Shown: positions 28,842 through 38,891 of the stretch, piece by piece | Position numbering within the stretch: the first letter of the stretch is position 1 | Layout: the number at the start of each line of letters is the position of its first letter | DNA from: Bacteroidales bacterium | GTDB taxonomy: Bacteria; Bacteroidota; Bacteroidia; Bacteroidales; PUMT01 | NCBI GenBank assembly: GCA_007135095.1 | Contig: SLJO01000170.1 | Coordinates: forward strand, 465-64,464 | Reading direction: 5' to 3' | Length of the DNA: 64,000 bases | Notes under the pieces: model-generated | What the model was told of the DNA's origin: nothing | What the model saw: only the letters and a program-made list of their open reading frames with translations | Databases searched by the model: none | Made by a program: the position numbers and the translations under genes

Positions 28842-30314
28842 ATGCAAAATAAACAGCAATTTTTTTCAAACAAGCTTGGGTTTATTATGGCAGCTATTGC
28901 CATGGCAGTCGGGACAGGAAATATCTGGCGTTTCCCCCGTATGGCTGCTGCCAATGGCGGAGGTGCTTTTGTTATCATCCTGATAATTGCCGTGTTTGTC
29001 TGTTCTGTGCCTTTGCTGATGTCAGAAATGGCCATCGGCCGCCATACCCGGAAAGGAACCATCGGCGCGGCAGGTGATTTTATGGGGGCAGGATTCGCAT
29101 GGATCGGTGCATGGATGGGTTTTGTATGCATTGCCATAATGTTCTATTATTCTGTTGTGGCGGGATGGACCATAAAATACGTTGTATTATCGTTGCAGGG
29201 GGAATTTGTAGTGGGCACTGATACAAAATTCCTGTGGGATACATTTTCCACCAGTCCCCGGCAAACCATTTTTTATCACTTTATAGCCATGGCCTCCGCC
29301 TTTTTTATCCTTTTTCAGGGTGTGGTAAAAGGAATTGAAAGGTACTCCAGGATACTGCTTCCTGTTCTGGCCCTGCTACTTGTTGCAGGGGCTCTCAGGG
29401 CCCTGACACTTCCAGGTGCCTCACTTGGCGTGGAGTACCTTTTCCGCATCGATACGGATTATCTCCTGAACCCCCGCACCTGGCTGGAAGGATTTACACA
29501 GGCTGCCTGGTCGACCGGTGCAGGATGGGCTCTTCTGATGACCTACGCGATTTATACAAGGCCCCAGGACGGAATCGGGAGAAGTATGTTTGTTGTCGCC
29601 TATGCCGACATCGCGGTAGCCATTATTGCCGGACTTGCCATACTCCCTACTGTTTTTGCGCTTGCATCCTCGATAGAGTATGCACATAATGCACTGGCAG
29701 CCGGAAATGCGGGGATGACGTTTATCTATATGTCTGAACTTTTCACACTTATGCCGGGTGGCTATTTTATGGCAATCGTATTTTTTTCAGGTCTTGCCTT
29801 CTCTGCCCTCTCCTCGCTTATATCGATGGTGGAGGTAGGAGTGGCCAACCTGGTGACTGCCGGCTGGAGCCGCAAAAAGGCGGTACTGTTCACCTGCGGG
29901 GCCGGTTTTATTTGCGGTATACCTTCGGCCTGGAGCCTTGAGTTTTTAAATAACCAGGATTTTGTCTGGGGTGTGGCGCTGCTGATCAGCGGAATGTTCA
30001 CGGCAATTGCCATAATGAAATTCGGGGTGGAGAGGGTAAGGACAGAGCATATTAATCAACCCGGAACAAGGATCAGGACAGGGCGCTGGTATAATGTCCT
30101 GATTTGTATCAACCCGGTAATAATAAGCATAATATTCGCCTGGCTGGTATACCAGTCCGTTATTCACGATCCGGCCAACTGGTGGAATCCGTTCAGGGAA
30201 TCGACTGCCGGCACCATGTTCTTTCAATGGATGACCGTGCTGATAATACTGATGCTGGTTAACAGGAAGCTTGTCAGATATTTTAACCCCGGCCCTCTAA
30301 AAGGCAGCCAATAA
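28842..30314 (+). CDS. Neurotransmitter:sodium symporter (NSS/SNF) family transporter
   Basis: The TM1 signature is AVGTGNIWRFP, and the protein is polytopic with ~11-12 TM segments. The ATG at 28842 gives a LeuT-like N-terminus. Confidence 0.88.
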   Translation: MQNKQQFFSNKLGFIMAAIAMAVGTGNIWRFPRMAAANGGGAFVIILIIAVFVCSVPLLMSEMAIGRHTRKGTIGAAGDFMGAGFAWIGAWMGFVCIAIMFYYSVVAGWTIKYVVLSLQGEFVVGTDTKFLWDTFSTSPRQTIFYHFIAMASAFFILFQGVVKGIERYSRILLPVLALLLVAGALRALTLPGASLGVEYLFRIDTDYLLNPRTWLEGFTQAAWSTGAGWALLMTYAIYTRPQDGIGRSMFVVAYADIAVAIIAGLAILPTVFALASSIEYAHNALAAGNAGMTFIYMSELFTLMPGGYFMAIVFFSGLAFSALSSLISMVEVGVANLVTAGWSRKKAVLFTCGAGFICGIPSAWSLEFLNNQDFVWGVALLISGMFTAIAIMKFGVERVRTEHINQPGTRIRTGRWYNVLICINPVIISIIFAWLVYQSVIHDPANWWNPFRESTAGTMFFQWMTVLIILMLVNRKLVRYFNPGPLKGSQ

Positions 30315-30329
30315 ATTGCAATCGAGTAA

Positions 30330-31826
30330 ATGCGAACAATAGATCTTCTGATTTTTATCGCCTACCTGACGGGGATTGTTTTATTTGGTGTCTCCTTTTA
30401 TAAAAAAGGCAGGACATCGGCCGATTATTCGACTGGCTCAGGAACAATACCGGCCTGGGTGATCGGCTTGTCAATTTTTGCAACCTTTGTCAGCAGCATC
30501 AGTTATCTTGCACTTCCCGGCATAGCCTTTTTATCCAACTGGAATGCCTATGTCTTCAGTCTCTCGATTCCCTTTGCCATTTTGATGGCGGTGAAATTTT
30601 TTATCCCTTTGTACCGCAGTGTAGGCAGTCCCTCTGCATACACATATCTTGAAAAGCGTTTTGGCACCTGGGCAAGGATCTATGTTGCCACTTTCTGGAT
30701 ACTGACACAGGTAATGCGTGTGGCAACAATTCTTTATCTGCTTGCCTTGCCGATGTATATCATCCTTGGATGGGATATGCGCATCATTATCCTGACAACA
30801 GGGGTCAGTGTGCTGATCTATTCTGTTATGGGAGGGATCAGGGCTGTTGTGTGGACCGATGCCATTCAGGCAATTGTACTTATTTCTGGAGCTATAGTAA
30901 CGCTTGGAATAATATTTTTTTCACTCCCGGGAGGGATATCGCAGTTTTTTGAGATTGCCTCCAGGCATAATAAATTCAGCCTGGGCAGTCCTGCCATAAA
31001 CTTCACCGAATCTACCTTCTGGGTTGTGTTTATCTACGGATTGTTTATCAACATTCAAAATTATGGCATAGATCAGAATTATATACAAAGATATATGAGT
31101 GCAAGAAATGACAGGGAAGCCATATCGTCTGCCCTTGGCGGGGGATTGTTATATGTGCCTGTATCTTTGCTTTTTTTCCTGATAGGTACCGGTTTGTTTG
31201 TTTACTATCAGGTCTATCCAGGTGCATTGCCTGCCGCGTTTCTGGAAAAAGGTATGTCGGACAGTGTTTTTCCTTATTTCATTGTGAATGTTTTACCTGC
31301 CGGAATTACCGGGTTGCTTGTTGCTTCGGTATTTGCAGCCGGAATGAGCACTATTTCGACCAGCCTGAACAGCAGCGCAACGGTAATCCTGAATGATTAT
31401 TACAAACGGTTCAAAAAAGAGTTCAATGAGCAGGAATCGGTCAGGGTATTGTATATATCATCAGCCCTTGTCAGCATCCTGGGAATAATTATTTCATTTT
31501 ATATAATCAGGGTGGAAAGCGCCCTTGATATATGGTGGAACCTTGCAGGGATTTTCAGCGGAGGTATGCTTGGAATATTTCTGCTGGGCTATTTTGCCCG
31601 AAAGGTTGAAAATGTTGCCGCAATAACCGGGGTTGTACTGGGACTCCTGGTTATAATCTGGATGAGTCTCTCCCGGGTCTATTTTACGGGTGATCTGGAA
31701 AAATTCCAGAATCCGCTTCATAGCTATATGACAATAGTGGTGGGCACTATGGTGATTTTTTTCACCGGCCTTCTTTTAACAGTTATTATAAATAAAATAC
31801 CAAAAAAAAATGAAACAAAAAACTGA
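30330..31826 (+). CDS. Sodium:solute symporter (SSS) family transporter
   Basis: It is a 498-aa polytopic protein with typical SSS segments (GGIRAVVWTDAIQ, NYGIDQNYIQRYMSA). It starts 15 nt after the NSS stop. Confidence 0.85.
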   Translation: MRTIDLLIFIAYLTGIVLFGVSFYKKGRTSADYSTGSGTIPAWVIGLSIFATFVSSISYLALPGIAFLSNWNAYVFSLSIPFAILMAVKFFIPLYRSVGSPSAYTYLEKRFGTWARIYVATFWILTQVMRVATILYLLALPMYIILGWDMRIIILTTGVSVLIYSVMGGIRAVVWTDAIQAIVLISGAIVTLGIIFFSLPGGISQFFEIASRHNKFSLGSPAINFTESTFWVVFIYGLFINIQNYGIDQNYIQRYMSARNDREAISSALGGGLLYVPVSLLFFLIGTGLFVYYQVYPGALPAAFLEKGMSDSVFPYFIVNVLPAGITGLLVASVFAAGMSTISTSLNSSATVILNDYYKRFKKEFNEQESVRVLYISSALVSILGIIISFYIIRVESALDIWWNLAGIFSGGMLGIFLLGYFARKVENVAAITGVVLGLLVIIWMSLSRVYFTGDLEKFQNPLHSYMTIVVGTMVIFFTGLLLTVIINKIPKKNETKN

Positions 31827-32997
31827 ATCATGTGTAAGCACCTTGCCGGCATATGTTATTCTCTTAGCGGTCGTGACTGTTCTTTTATCATGTAACAGAG
31901 TGAAAGAAGACCATGAAATTAGAAATCTGGTGGTTTATCATGAACCCGGCCGTTTCGGTGGCTGGCCTGCCAATCACGGGATATGGTCATGGGGAGATGA
32001 AATTCTTGTTGGCTTTTGTGCTGCCTGGTATATGGACCGTGGCGGCGGACATGCTGTTGACCCTGATAAGCCGGAACACCATGTTCTTGCAAGGAGTCTT
32101 GATGGCGGGGAGACCTGGGAGATGGAATATCCCGAAAAACAGGGGGCTTTGCTTCCGCGGGGAGCTATGCTGTTTGGCAGCACCCTCCCGGATGTGGAAT
32201 ATCCGCCCATTACGGAGCTTACCGAACCAATAGATTTTTCCCATCCCGATTTTGCAATGACGTTCAGGATGGAGGACCACAGGGGAACCGGGCAGTCGCG
32301 CTTTTATTATTCGTATGACCGGGGAAAAAACTGGAATGGCCCATTTGCTTTGCCACTTTTTGATACTCCGGGGATAGCTGCAAGAACTGATTACCTGATT
32401 GAGAATAAAGATGAGATGCTGGTGTTTTTAACGGCCGGAAAATCAGACGGTAGTGAAGGCCGGACCCTGTGTGTAAAAACCTCTGATGGCGGTTTAAGCT
32501 GGGAATTCCTGTCGTGGATAGGTCCGGAGCCTGATGTTTTTCGCATAATGCCCTCAACGGTCAGATTATCAGGGAATGAGATCCTCACCACCGTTCGCAA
32601 AAGAGAACGTGACCGCAGACTGATAAAGGCATGGCTGTCAAAAGATAATGGCGCCAGCTGGGAGTTTCTTTCCGAGGTGGCACCTGATACAGGTGCTGGC
32701 AATCCCCCGGGCCTTATTAAACTTCGCGACGGCCGCCTGGCTGTGACTTATGCCCACAGGGCTGAGCCTTATGGAATGAGGGGCCGGCTGAGTGAAGATA
32801 ATGGCAGGACCTGGAGTGACCCGGTTATTTTCAGGGAGGATGGCGGGAACTGGGATATAGGTTACCCCCGGTCTGTACAGCGTACTGACGGAAAGATAGT
32901 CACCATCTACTACTACTGGGATCCGGAAACCGGGCCGGAAAGGTATATTGCAGCAACCATCTGGGATCCTGATGCAACAAATCCTGCAGGCGATTAA
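31810..32997 (+). CDS. BNR/Asp-box repeat sialidase-fold lipoprotein (paralog 1)
   Basis: It has a lipobox (VLLSC) and four Asp-boxes (SLDGGETW, SDGGLSW, SKDNGASW, SEDNGRTW). Its start overlaps the SSS gene by 17 nt. Confidence 0.8.
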   Translation: MKQKTESCVSTLPAYVILLAVVTVLLSCNRVKEDHEIRNLVVYHEPGRFGGWPANHGIWSWGDEILVGFCAAWYMDRGGGHAVDPDKPEHHVLARSLDGGETWEMEYPEKQGALLPRGAMLFGSTLPDVEYPPITELTEPIDFSHPDFAMTFRMEDHRGTGQSRFYYSYDRGKNWNGPFALPLFDTPGIAARTDYLIENKDEMLVFLTAGKSDGSEGRTLCVKTSDGGLSWEFLSWIGPEPDVFRIMPSTVRLSGNEILTTVRKRERDRRLIKAWLSKDNGASWEFLSEVAPDTGAGNPPGLIKLRDGRLAVTYAHRAEPYGMRGRLSEDNGRTWSDPVIFREDGGNWDIGYPRSVQRTDGKIVTIYYYWDPETGPERYIAATIWDPDATNPAGD

Positions 32998-33029
32998 ACC
33001 GATTTTGGTTAACTTTAAAATTTCAGGTT

Positions 33030-34244
33030 ATGATCAAAAACATTTTTCAAAACCAGCTATATCGCGTAGCTTATTTATTGTCGGCATCCTTTTTAGTGAT
33101 GCCGGCATGCAGAAGTGGTGCCGGGCATATTGACGGCGGAGTTGATACTCAGCATGAAATTGTTTATTATGAAGAGGGCCGTTTTGCTGCATGGCCGGCA
33201 AACGGGGGAATGTGGGTGTGGGATAAGGAGATACTGGTCTGCTTTAATGTGGCTGATCACGTTGATAAATCCGGCCATACCTATGATGTATCCACAGCTC
33301 GCAATATGTTCGCCCGAAGCCTGGATGGAGGCGAAACATGGGCCATTGAGGATGCCTATGAGAGTGGTATTACCGGATATGCAATGGATCACCGCATTGG
33401 TGAAAAGGCCGTTGCACCCCGGCAACTGGAAAAGCCAATGGATTTTCATAATCCGGATTTTGCATTTATGTTTCAGCGCGAAACCAATAACCGGGGTCCG
33501 GCCCATTTTTATTACTCTTACGACCGGGGCAAATCATGGTTTGGACCTTACAGTTTTCCCGAATTGGATCCTGCAGGAATTACAAATCGGACTGACTACA
33601 TTATAGATGGCCGGCATGAGATGCTGGCTATGCTTTCTATCGGGCATGGACGCACCGGGGTTGCACAAACAAAGGATGGCGGGATCAGCTGGGAGCTTTT
33701 ATCTTATATCGGGCCTGATTTTACAAGATCTGAGGAGCTTCAGGGCAGGAATGACTATTCCTTGATGCCATCAACTGTAAGGTTATCATCATCTGAGATA
33801 TTAACTGCAATCCGGCATCGTGAAGGGGATGAGGGAAAGGTTTGGTTAACAAGCTATCTTTCTGAGGACAACGGTCAAACCTGGAATCAAATCGATGATC
33901 CTGTAAAGGATAATATTAATTCACCGCCAGCGCTAATGCAACTGAGTGACGGGAGACTGGTACTGGTTTATATATTCAGGAGGGGCGGATGGGATGCAGA
34001 TCCCGGCACCTTTGAGGGATCAAGCTTATGTGCCAGGATAAGTTCAGACAATGGCCGCACCTGGGGTGATGAAATAGTTTTGCGTGGCGATGAAGGAGCA
34101 AACAATGATTCGGGATATCCCCGTATAGTGGCCAGACCTGACGGGAAACTTGTAATTACCTATTACTGGAACCATTCTCTTGACAGAACCAGACCACCCT
34201 ACAGATATATAGTTGCTACTATCTGGGATCCCTGTGGTTATTGA
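33030..34244 (+). CDS. BNR/Asp-box repeat sialidase-fold lipoprotein (paralog 2)
   Basis: It has a lipobox (VMPAC) and Asp-boxes (SLDGGETW, KDGGISW, SEDNGQTW, SSDNGRTW). It is collinear with the preceding ORF. Confidence 0.8.
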   Translation: MIKNIFQNQLYRVAYLLSASFLVMPACRSGAGHIDGGVDTQHEIVYYEEGRFAAWPANGGMWVWDKEILVCFNVADHVDKSGHTYDVSTARNMFARSLDGGETWAIEDAYESGITGYAMDHRIGEKAVAPRQLEKPMDFHNPDFAFMFQRETNNRGPAHFYYSYDRGKSWFGPYSFPELDPAGITNRTDYIIDGRHEMLAMLSIGHGRTGVAQTKDGGISWELLSYIGPDFTRSEELQGRNDYSLMPSTVRLSSSEILTAIRHREGDEGKVWLTSYLSEDNGQTWNQIDDPVKDNINSPPALMQLSDGRLVLVYIFRRGGWDADPGTFEGSSLCARISSDNGRTWGDEIVLRGDEGANNDSGYPRIVARPDGKLVITYYWNHSLDRTRPPYRYIVATIWDPCGY

Positions 34245-34352
34245 TAAAAATTATACTGGTTAAGTAATTACCCTCAGTAATATGGTTTGAATTAATTTGC
34301 TGATAAGTTTGCCTGAAAACTGTTATATAGATGCAACAAAATTTAATGCGTC

Positions 34353-35414
34353 ATGGAGAACAGGATTGATCTTCACAGGAGGTTCTGGAGGGGTGAGGGG
34401 CCCGGTCTTATTTTAATTCCCCCGTTCAGGGAAGAGTTGTATGATCTTAATGATTATCCTGCCAGGTTTCATGACCCCCGGTTAATGTGGGAATCGGAGA
34501 TCAGGCGGGCCAGAGCTTTGATCCGCTGGCCTACCGATGGTATTCCGACCGTAAGGCCAAACCTGGGAGTTATTACTATTCCTGCCATGGCCGGCCAGGC
34601 ATATAAAACTCCCCCTGATTCAATGCCCTGGCCGGGAGAGCCGCTTACCAGGGATGAAATCAGGGCTATTGTCAAATCTGAAATAAAATGTTCTGAGGTT
34701 TTCAGATTGGCGGCTGGTTTTTATAATATTCACCTGGAAAGTGGCGAATCCGGTGTTTATCCTTATCTGCCGGATACCCAGGGGGTATTTGATATAGCAC
34801 ATTTATTATCCGGAAATGATATATTCCTTTCTGCCTTCGAGGATGCAGAAGAGAGCTGGTTTATGGAATTGATGGAGATCAGCCTTTATCTGTATCTTAA
34901 AGCAACCAGGGAGTTTAAAGCTCTATTGGATGAAAGCCATAATTCAATGGTACATGGTCATGGCACTGAACAGGGTGTTTATTTTCCGCATTGCGGGGTA
35001 AGGATCGCCGAAGATACTGCCATATTGTTATCTCCGGAAATGATAGAGGAATTGATAATTCCTTTTATTAAAAGAAGTGTGGAACCCTTTGGAGGTGGTT
35101 TTTTGCACTTTTGCGGCTACCACCCAACCATATTTTCCCAGTTTTCAGCGTTAAGCGAGATAAAGGCCATAGATCTTGGAAACCCTGAAAAATATGATAT
35201 CAGATGGTTACTCGGCAGGTGTGCCGAAACAGATACAGTGCTTTACAGCCGTGTGGCTGAAGAACCCGGGGAATCATGGAAGGAATATGTTGAAAGGATT
35301 GGCAGGATGACGGCTGAAACAGGGGCCCGGGTTATTCTGCGCCCGAAGGTTTTTCCTGATAATGCCAGGGAATGTAAAGAAATGCAGGAAATATGGCATC
35401 AAATGACATCCTGA
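34353..35414 (+). CDS. Hypothetical cytoplasmic enzyme, possibly of uroporphyrinogen-decarboxylase-like (URO-D/MtaA-like) fold
   Basis: The 353-aa ORF has no signal peptide. The patterns DTQGVFDIAHLLSGNDIFL and GGGFLHFCGY loosely resemble the URO-D superfamily. The fold call is tentative. Confidence 0.5.
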   Translation: MENRIDLHRRFWRGEGPGLILIPPFREELYDLNDYPARFHDPRLMWESEIRRARALIRWPTDGIPTVRPNLGVITIPAMAGQAYKTPPDSMPWPGEPLTRDEIRAIVKSEIKCSEVFRLAAGFYNIHLESGESGVYPYLPDTQGVFDIAHLLSGNDIFLSAFEDAEESWFMELMEISLYLYLKATREFKALLDESHNSMVHGHGTEQGVYFPHCGVRIAEDTAILLSPEMIEELIIPFIKRSVEPFGGGFLHFCGYHPTIFSQFSALSEIKAIDLGNPEKYDIRWLLGRCAETDTVLYSRVAEEPGESWKEYVERIGRMTAETGARVILRPKVFPDNARECKEMQEIWHQMTS

Positions 35415-35451
35415 TTTGTATTTTTGACTTGAATTTATAAAAACAAACTCA

Positions 35452-36945
35452 TTGAAAAAATTTAAATACTTTACTATTTTATCTGCAATTGCAACATTTA
35501 CCAATTGCACTGACGGTGAAAGAAATCTTCCAAATATCGTAATAATTTATGCCGATGATATGGGCTATGGTGATCTTAATATTCAGAACCCTGACTCGAA
35601 AATTCCTACTCCATATCTCGACCAGCTTGCCTCGGAAGGCATTCGCTTTACCGATGCGCACAGCTCTTCCGGAATATGTTCGCCCAGCCGTTTTGCCTTG
35701 CTAACAGGAACGTATCACTGGCGAAGGCAGCACGAAATTGTTAATTCCTTTGAAAAACCATTTTTCAACGAATCAGATATTACCTTACCCCAGGTTTTAA
35801 AAGAAAATGGTTATACAACAGCCTGTATCGGGAAATGGCATTTGGGCTGGAACTGGGAATTCATAACCGAACCAGCAGATGTAGTGACGGTGAATGACAT
35901 AGACTGGAGCAAATCAATTTCTGGCGGACCACTGGATCGTGGATTTGATTATTACTTTGGTGATGGCACCATAAATTTCCCCCCATATGCGTGGATTGAA
36001 AATGACAGGATTATTGAGGCTCCTACTGAAATGATGTACACGGATAATATAGGGTTTGAAACAATGGAGGGCAGTTGGGAATTTCGTCCCGGACCGAGGG
36101 TCAAAGGCTGGAATCCCTATGAGGTATTACCGGCTCTTACAGATAAAACGGTAGAGTGGATTAACAATCACAGTAAGGAACAACCCTTTTTTCTTTACTT
36201 TTCATTACCCTCTCCCCACGCCCCGATTATACCCAATGAAGAGTTTATCGGGAAATCAGATGCGGGAGGATATGGTGATTTTGTATATCAGACAGACTGG
36301 GTGATCGGACAGGTTCTTAACGCGATAAAGGAGAATGGGTTTGAAGACAACACCATTGTTATTTTTTCCTCTGATAATGGCCCGGAAGCTTATGCTTTCG
36401 AGAGAGCCAGAAATTACGGTCATTTCAGCATGGGGGATTTGCGGGGACTGAAGGTTGATATCTGGGAAGGAGGACATCGCGTGCCAATGATCATTAAATG
36501 GCCCGGGCATATTGAGGCAGGGTCAGTTTCCGGTAAGCTGATTTCACAAATAGATTATATGTCGACACTTGCAGCCATAACCGGCATTAAACTCCCGGAA
36601 GGCTCAGCCCCGGACAGTTATAATTTTCTGCCGACATTACTGGGGAAGAAATATGATTTTCCGGAAAGAGAAGTATTAATACATAACACCTATCAAAACA
36701 GATGGGCCGTAAGAGAGGGTGACTGGCTTTATATGAATACTAATTCAGGTGAACATAGAATAATGCCGGAATTCTTTAAAGAACTCAGGGGATATACTGA
36801 TTTTGAAACGGAAGGATTACTGTTTAACCTGGAGAATGACATTGAACAGCGCGTAAACCTTTATTCAGTTTATCCAGAAAAAGTGAAGGAAATGGACAGG
36901 TTGATTACTGATTATAAAAACCAGGGCTACCTGATAAAAGAATGA
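35452..36945 (+). CDS. Sulfatase (formylglycine-dependent arylsulfatase family) lipoprotein
   Basis: It has the CxPxR motif [27 protein letters not shown] and a lipobox (FTNC). The only in-frame start that keeps the signal peptide is the TTG at 35452, because a TGA lies 9 codons upstream. Confidence 0.88.
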   Translation: MKKFKYFTILSAIATFTNCTDGERNLPNIVIIYADDMGYGDLNIQNPDSKIPTPYLDQLASEGIRFTDAHSSSGICSPSRFALLTGTYHWRRQHEIVNSFEKPFFNESDITLPQVLKENGYTTACIGKWHLGWNWEFITEPADVVTVNDIDWSKSISGGPLDRGFDYYFGDGTINFPPYAWIENDRIIEAPTEMMYTDNIGFETMEGSWEFRPGPRVKGWNPYEVLPALTDKTVEWINNHSKEQPFFLYFSLPSPHAPIIPNEEFIGKSDAGGYGDFVYQTDWVIGQVLNAIKENGFEDNTIVIFSSDNGPEAYAFERARNYGHFSMGDLRGLKVDIWEGGHRVPMIIKWPGHIEAGSVSGKLISQIDYMSTLAAITGIKLPEGSAPDSYNFLPTLLGKKYDFPEREVLIHNTYQNRWAVREGDWLYMNTNSGEHRIMPEFFKELRGYTDFETEGLLFNLENDIEQRVNLYSVYPEKVKEMDRLITDYKNQGYLIKE

Positions 36946-38789
36946 ATATCAAAAAATTTATAATCACCGCTTTCCTGATTAGTGGAATTATTATTGGCTA
37001 TGCAGCCCGCCCGGGGGGCAGAGATATTGGTACTGACTGGAGGAACGCAAAGCATGGAGATCTTATCTATGCTTATGGATACTCCGACCAGCCTTACGTA
37101 GTCGTACTTGAAAATGGCAAATGGCTTACTGTTTTTACGACCAATGCCGGGGAAGAAGGTACGGCAGGCCAGCATATCGTAAGCAGCATCAGTGAAGACC
37201 AGGGAAAAACGTGGTCCGATACTGTCAGAATTGAACCTCCCCGACGTGAGTCTGCCTCATGGGCAATGCCCTATCTTACTGATTTTGGCAGGATATATGT
37301 GTTTTATGTTTTCAACGGGGATAAGATTTTTGAGCTTAGAGGGGACAATATCAGAGAGGATGTGCTGGGATGGTATTGCTTTAAGTATTCTGACGATGAC
37401 GGGGCAACCTGGTCTGAAAGGCACCGGTTGGACATGCCAAAAACAAAAGTTGATTATAACAATGACTGGGGAGGGGAAGTTCAGATGTTTTGGGGAATTG
37501 GCAAGCCTGTTGATATTAATCATGGTATGATGTTTGCGTTTTCCAAAATTGGAAAACACCTTCTCGATTATAGTGAGGGCTGGTTTTTCAGATCCGATAA
37601 TATTAACATTGAGAAAAATCCCGACAAACTCAATTGGGTTATGCTTCCTGATTCGCAAACCGGGGTAAAAAATGATATGCTGGGGCCTATCAATTCGGAG
37701 CATAATATTTTTCAGATGAGTAATGGCACTTTATACTCTATGCACAGGACTGTTTCAGGCTATCCTGCCGAGTCATATTCCTATGATGGCGGGTATTCAT
37801 GGACTTTGCCACAGATCCCCACGTATGAACACGGTGTCAAGCTGAAAAATCCCCGGGCCTGCCCGCGAATATGGAAAACCAGAGATGGAAAATACCTTTT
37901 TTGGTATCACAATCATGGGGGCAGGGATTATATGCACAGAAATCCTGCATGGATCAGCGGTGGAATGGAGAAAGATGGCAGAATTGTCTGGGGCCAGCCG
38001 GAGATCCTTCTATATGAAGACAATATAAATATTCGAATGAGCTACCCGGATCTTATCGAGCAGGATGGCAGGTACTGGATCACTGAAACCAACAAGGAAG
38101 AAGCGAGGGTCCATTCAATCCCAACAGAGTTTTTAAATACCCTCTGGTCACAATTCGACCGGGATTTTATTACCAGGGATGGTTTGCTGGGTGAATGGAC
38201 TGAGTACGAGCTCGGGCCGGAAAATAAATTAAGCATTCCGTCCCCTGGCAGAAATAAGCCAACCGGAGGGTTCACCATCGATTTACGGTTCAAGCTGGTT
38301 GACATATCACCGGGGCAAATAATTTTTACAGCCGGCAGTGAAAATAGTAAATCGCTGGTGCTCAGAACAGGAGAGCACGGATCGGTTGAAATAGTTCTCA
38401 ATAACGGTGAGATAACTGACTCATGGCGTTCTGACCCGGGTCTTGTAAATGCTTTCAGGGACCATGCTGTTTCTGTTACTGTCGACAACGGACCTAAGAT
38501 CATCCAGTTTGTAGTGGACGGAATAGTAAATAACGGGAACGATTTTCGTCAATATGGCTGGGGTCGTTACAGGGGCAGTTTTGAAGGTTTCGATTTTGAC
38601 ACCATTGAAATTGGTCAGTTGGGAAGGGGACCCCTGAGCGGGTTGGGGCAGCTGTCAAATCTCAGGATATATAACAGGCCCCTGATGAATACTGAACTTA
38701 TCGGAAATCATAATCATGATATGAACCGTCCATTAGCCTGGTCATTCAAAATTCAAAAAATCTACATCCACCGAACCTTTATCAATTAA
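36942..38789 (+). CDS. BNR/Asp-box sialidase-fold protein with a C-terminal LamG/concanavalin-A-like domain
   Basis: It has Asp-boxes ([23 protein letters not shown]). The C-terminal ~190 aa show the LamG pattern (FTIDLRFKL...[10 protein letters not shown]...FVVDG...[11 protein letters not shown]). Its ATGA start overlaps the sulfatase stop. Confidence 0.78.
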   Translation: MNIKKFIITAFLISGIIIGYAARPGGRDIGTDWRNAKHGDLIYAYGYSDQPYVVVLENGKWLTVFTTNAGEEGTAGQHIVSSISEDQGKTWSDTVRIEPPRRESASWAMPYLTDFGRIYVFYVFNGDKIFELRGDNIREDVLGWYCFKYSDDDGATWSERHRLDMPKTKVDYNNDWGGEVQMFWGIGKPVDINHGMMFAFSKIGKHLLDYSEGWFFRSDNINIEKNPDKLNWVMLPDSQTGVKNDMLGPINSEHNIFQMSNGTLYSMHRTVSGYPAESYSYDGGYSWTLPQIPTYEHGVKLKNPRACPRIWKTRDGKYLFWYHNHGGRDYMHRNPAWISGGMEKDGRIVWGQPEILLYEDNINIRMSYPDLIEQDGRYWITETNKEEARVHSIPTEFLNTLWSQFDRDFITRDGLLGEWTEYELGPENKLSIPSPGRNKPTGGFTIDLRFKLVDISPGQIIFTAGSENSKSLVLRTGEHGSVEIVLNNGEITDSWRSDPGLVNAFRDHAVSVTVDNGPKIIQFVVDGIVNNGNDFRQYGWGRYRGSFEGFDFDTIEIGQLGRGPLSGLGQLSNLRIYNRPLMNTELIGNHNHDMNRPLAWSFKIQKIYIHRTFIN

Positions 38790-38891
38790 GTAATTGGAAA
38801 ACTATCACAAATTCCTTACAATATCCCCGGTCTCTGCCCCGATTTTAATTGAGATGGTAATTCCGACAGGTTAAGTATGCCGGCGGTAATT

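Noticed and set aside
28498-29137. Minus-strand ORFs of 81 aa and 134 aa span the spacer and the 5' part of the NSS transporter gene.
   Set aside because: The 134-aa ORF is antisense to the conserved NSS TM1 region. The 81-aa ORF covers the orphan hairpin and has no protein-like features.
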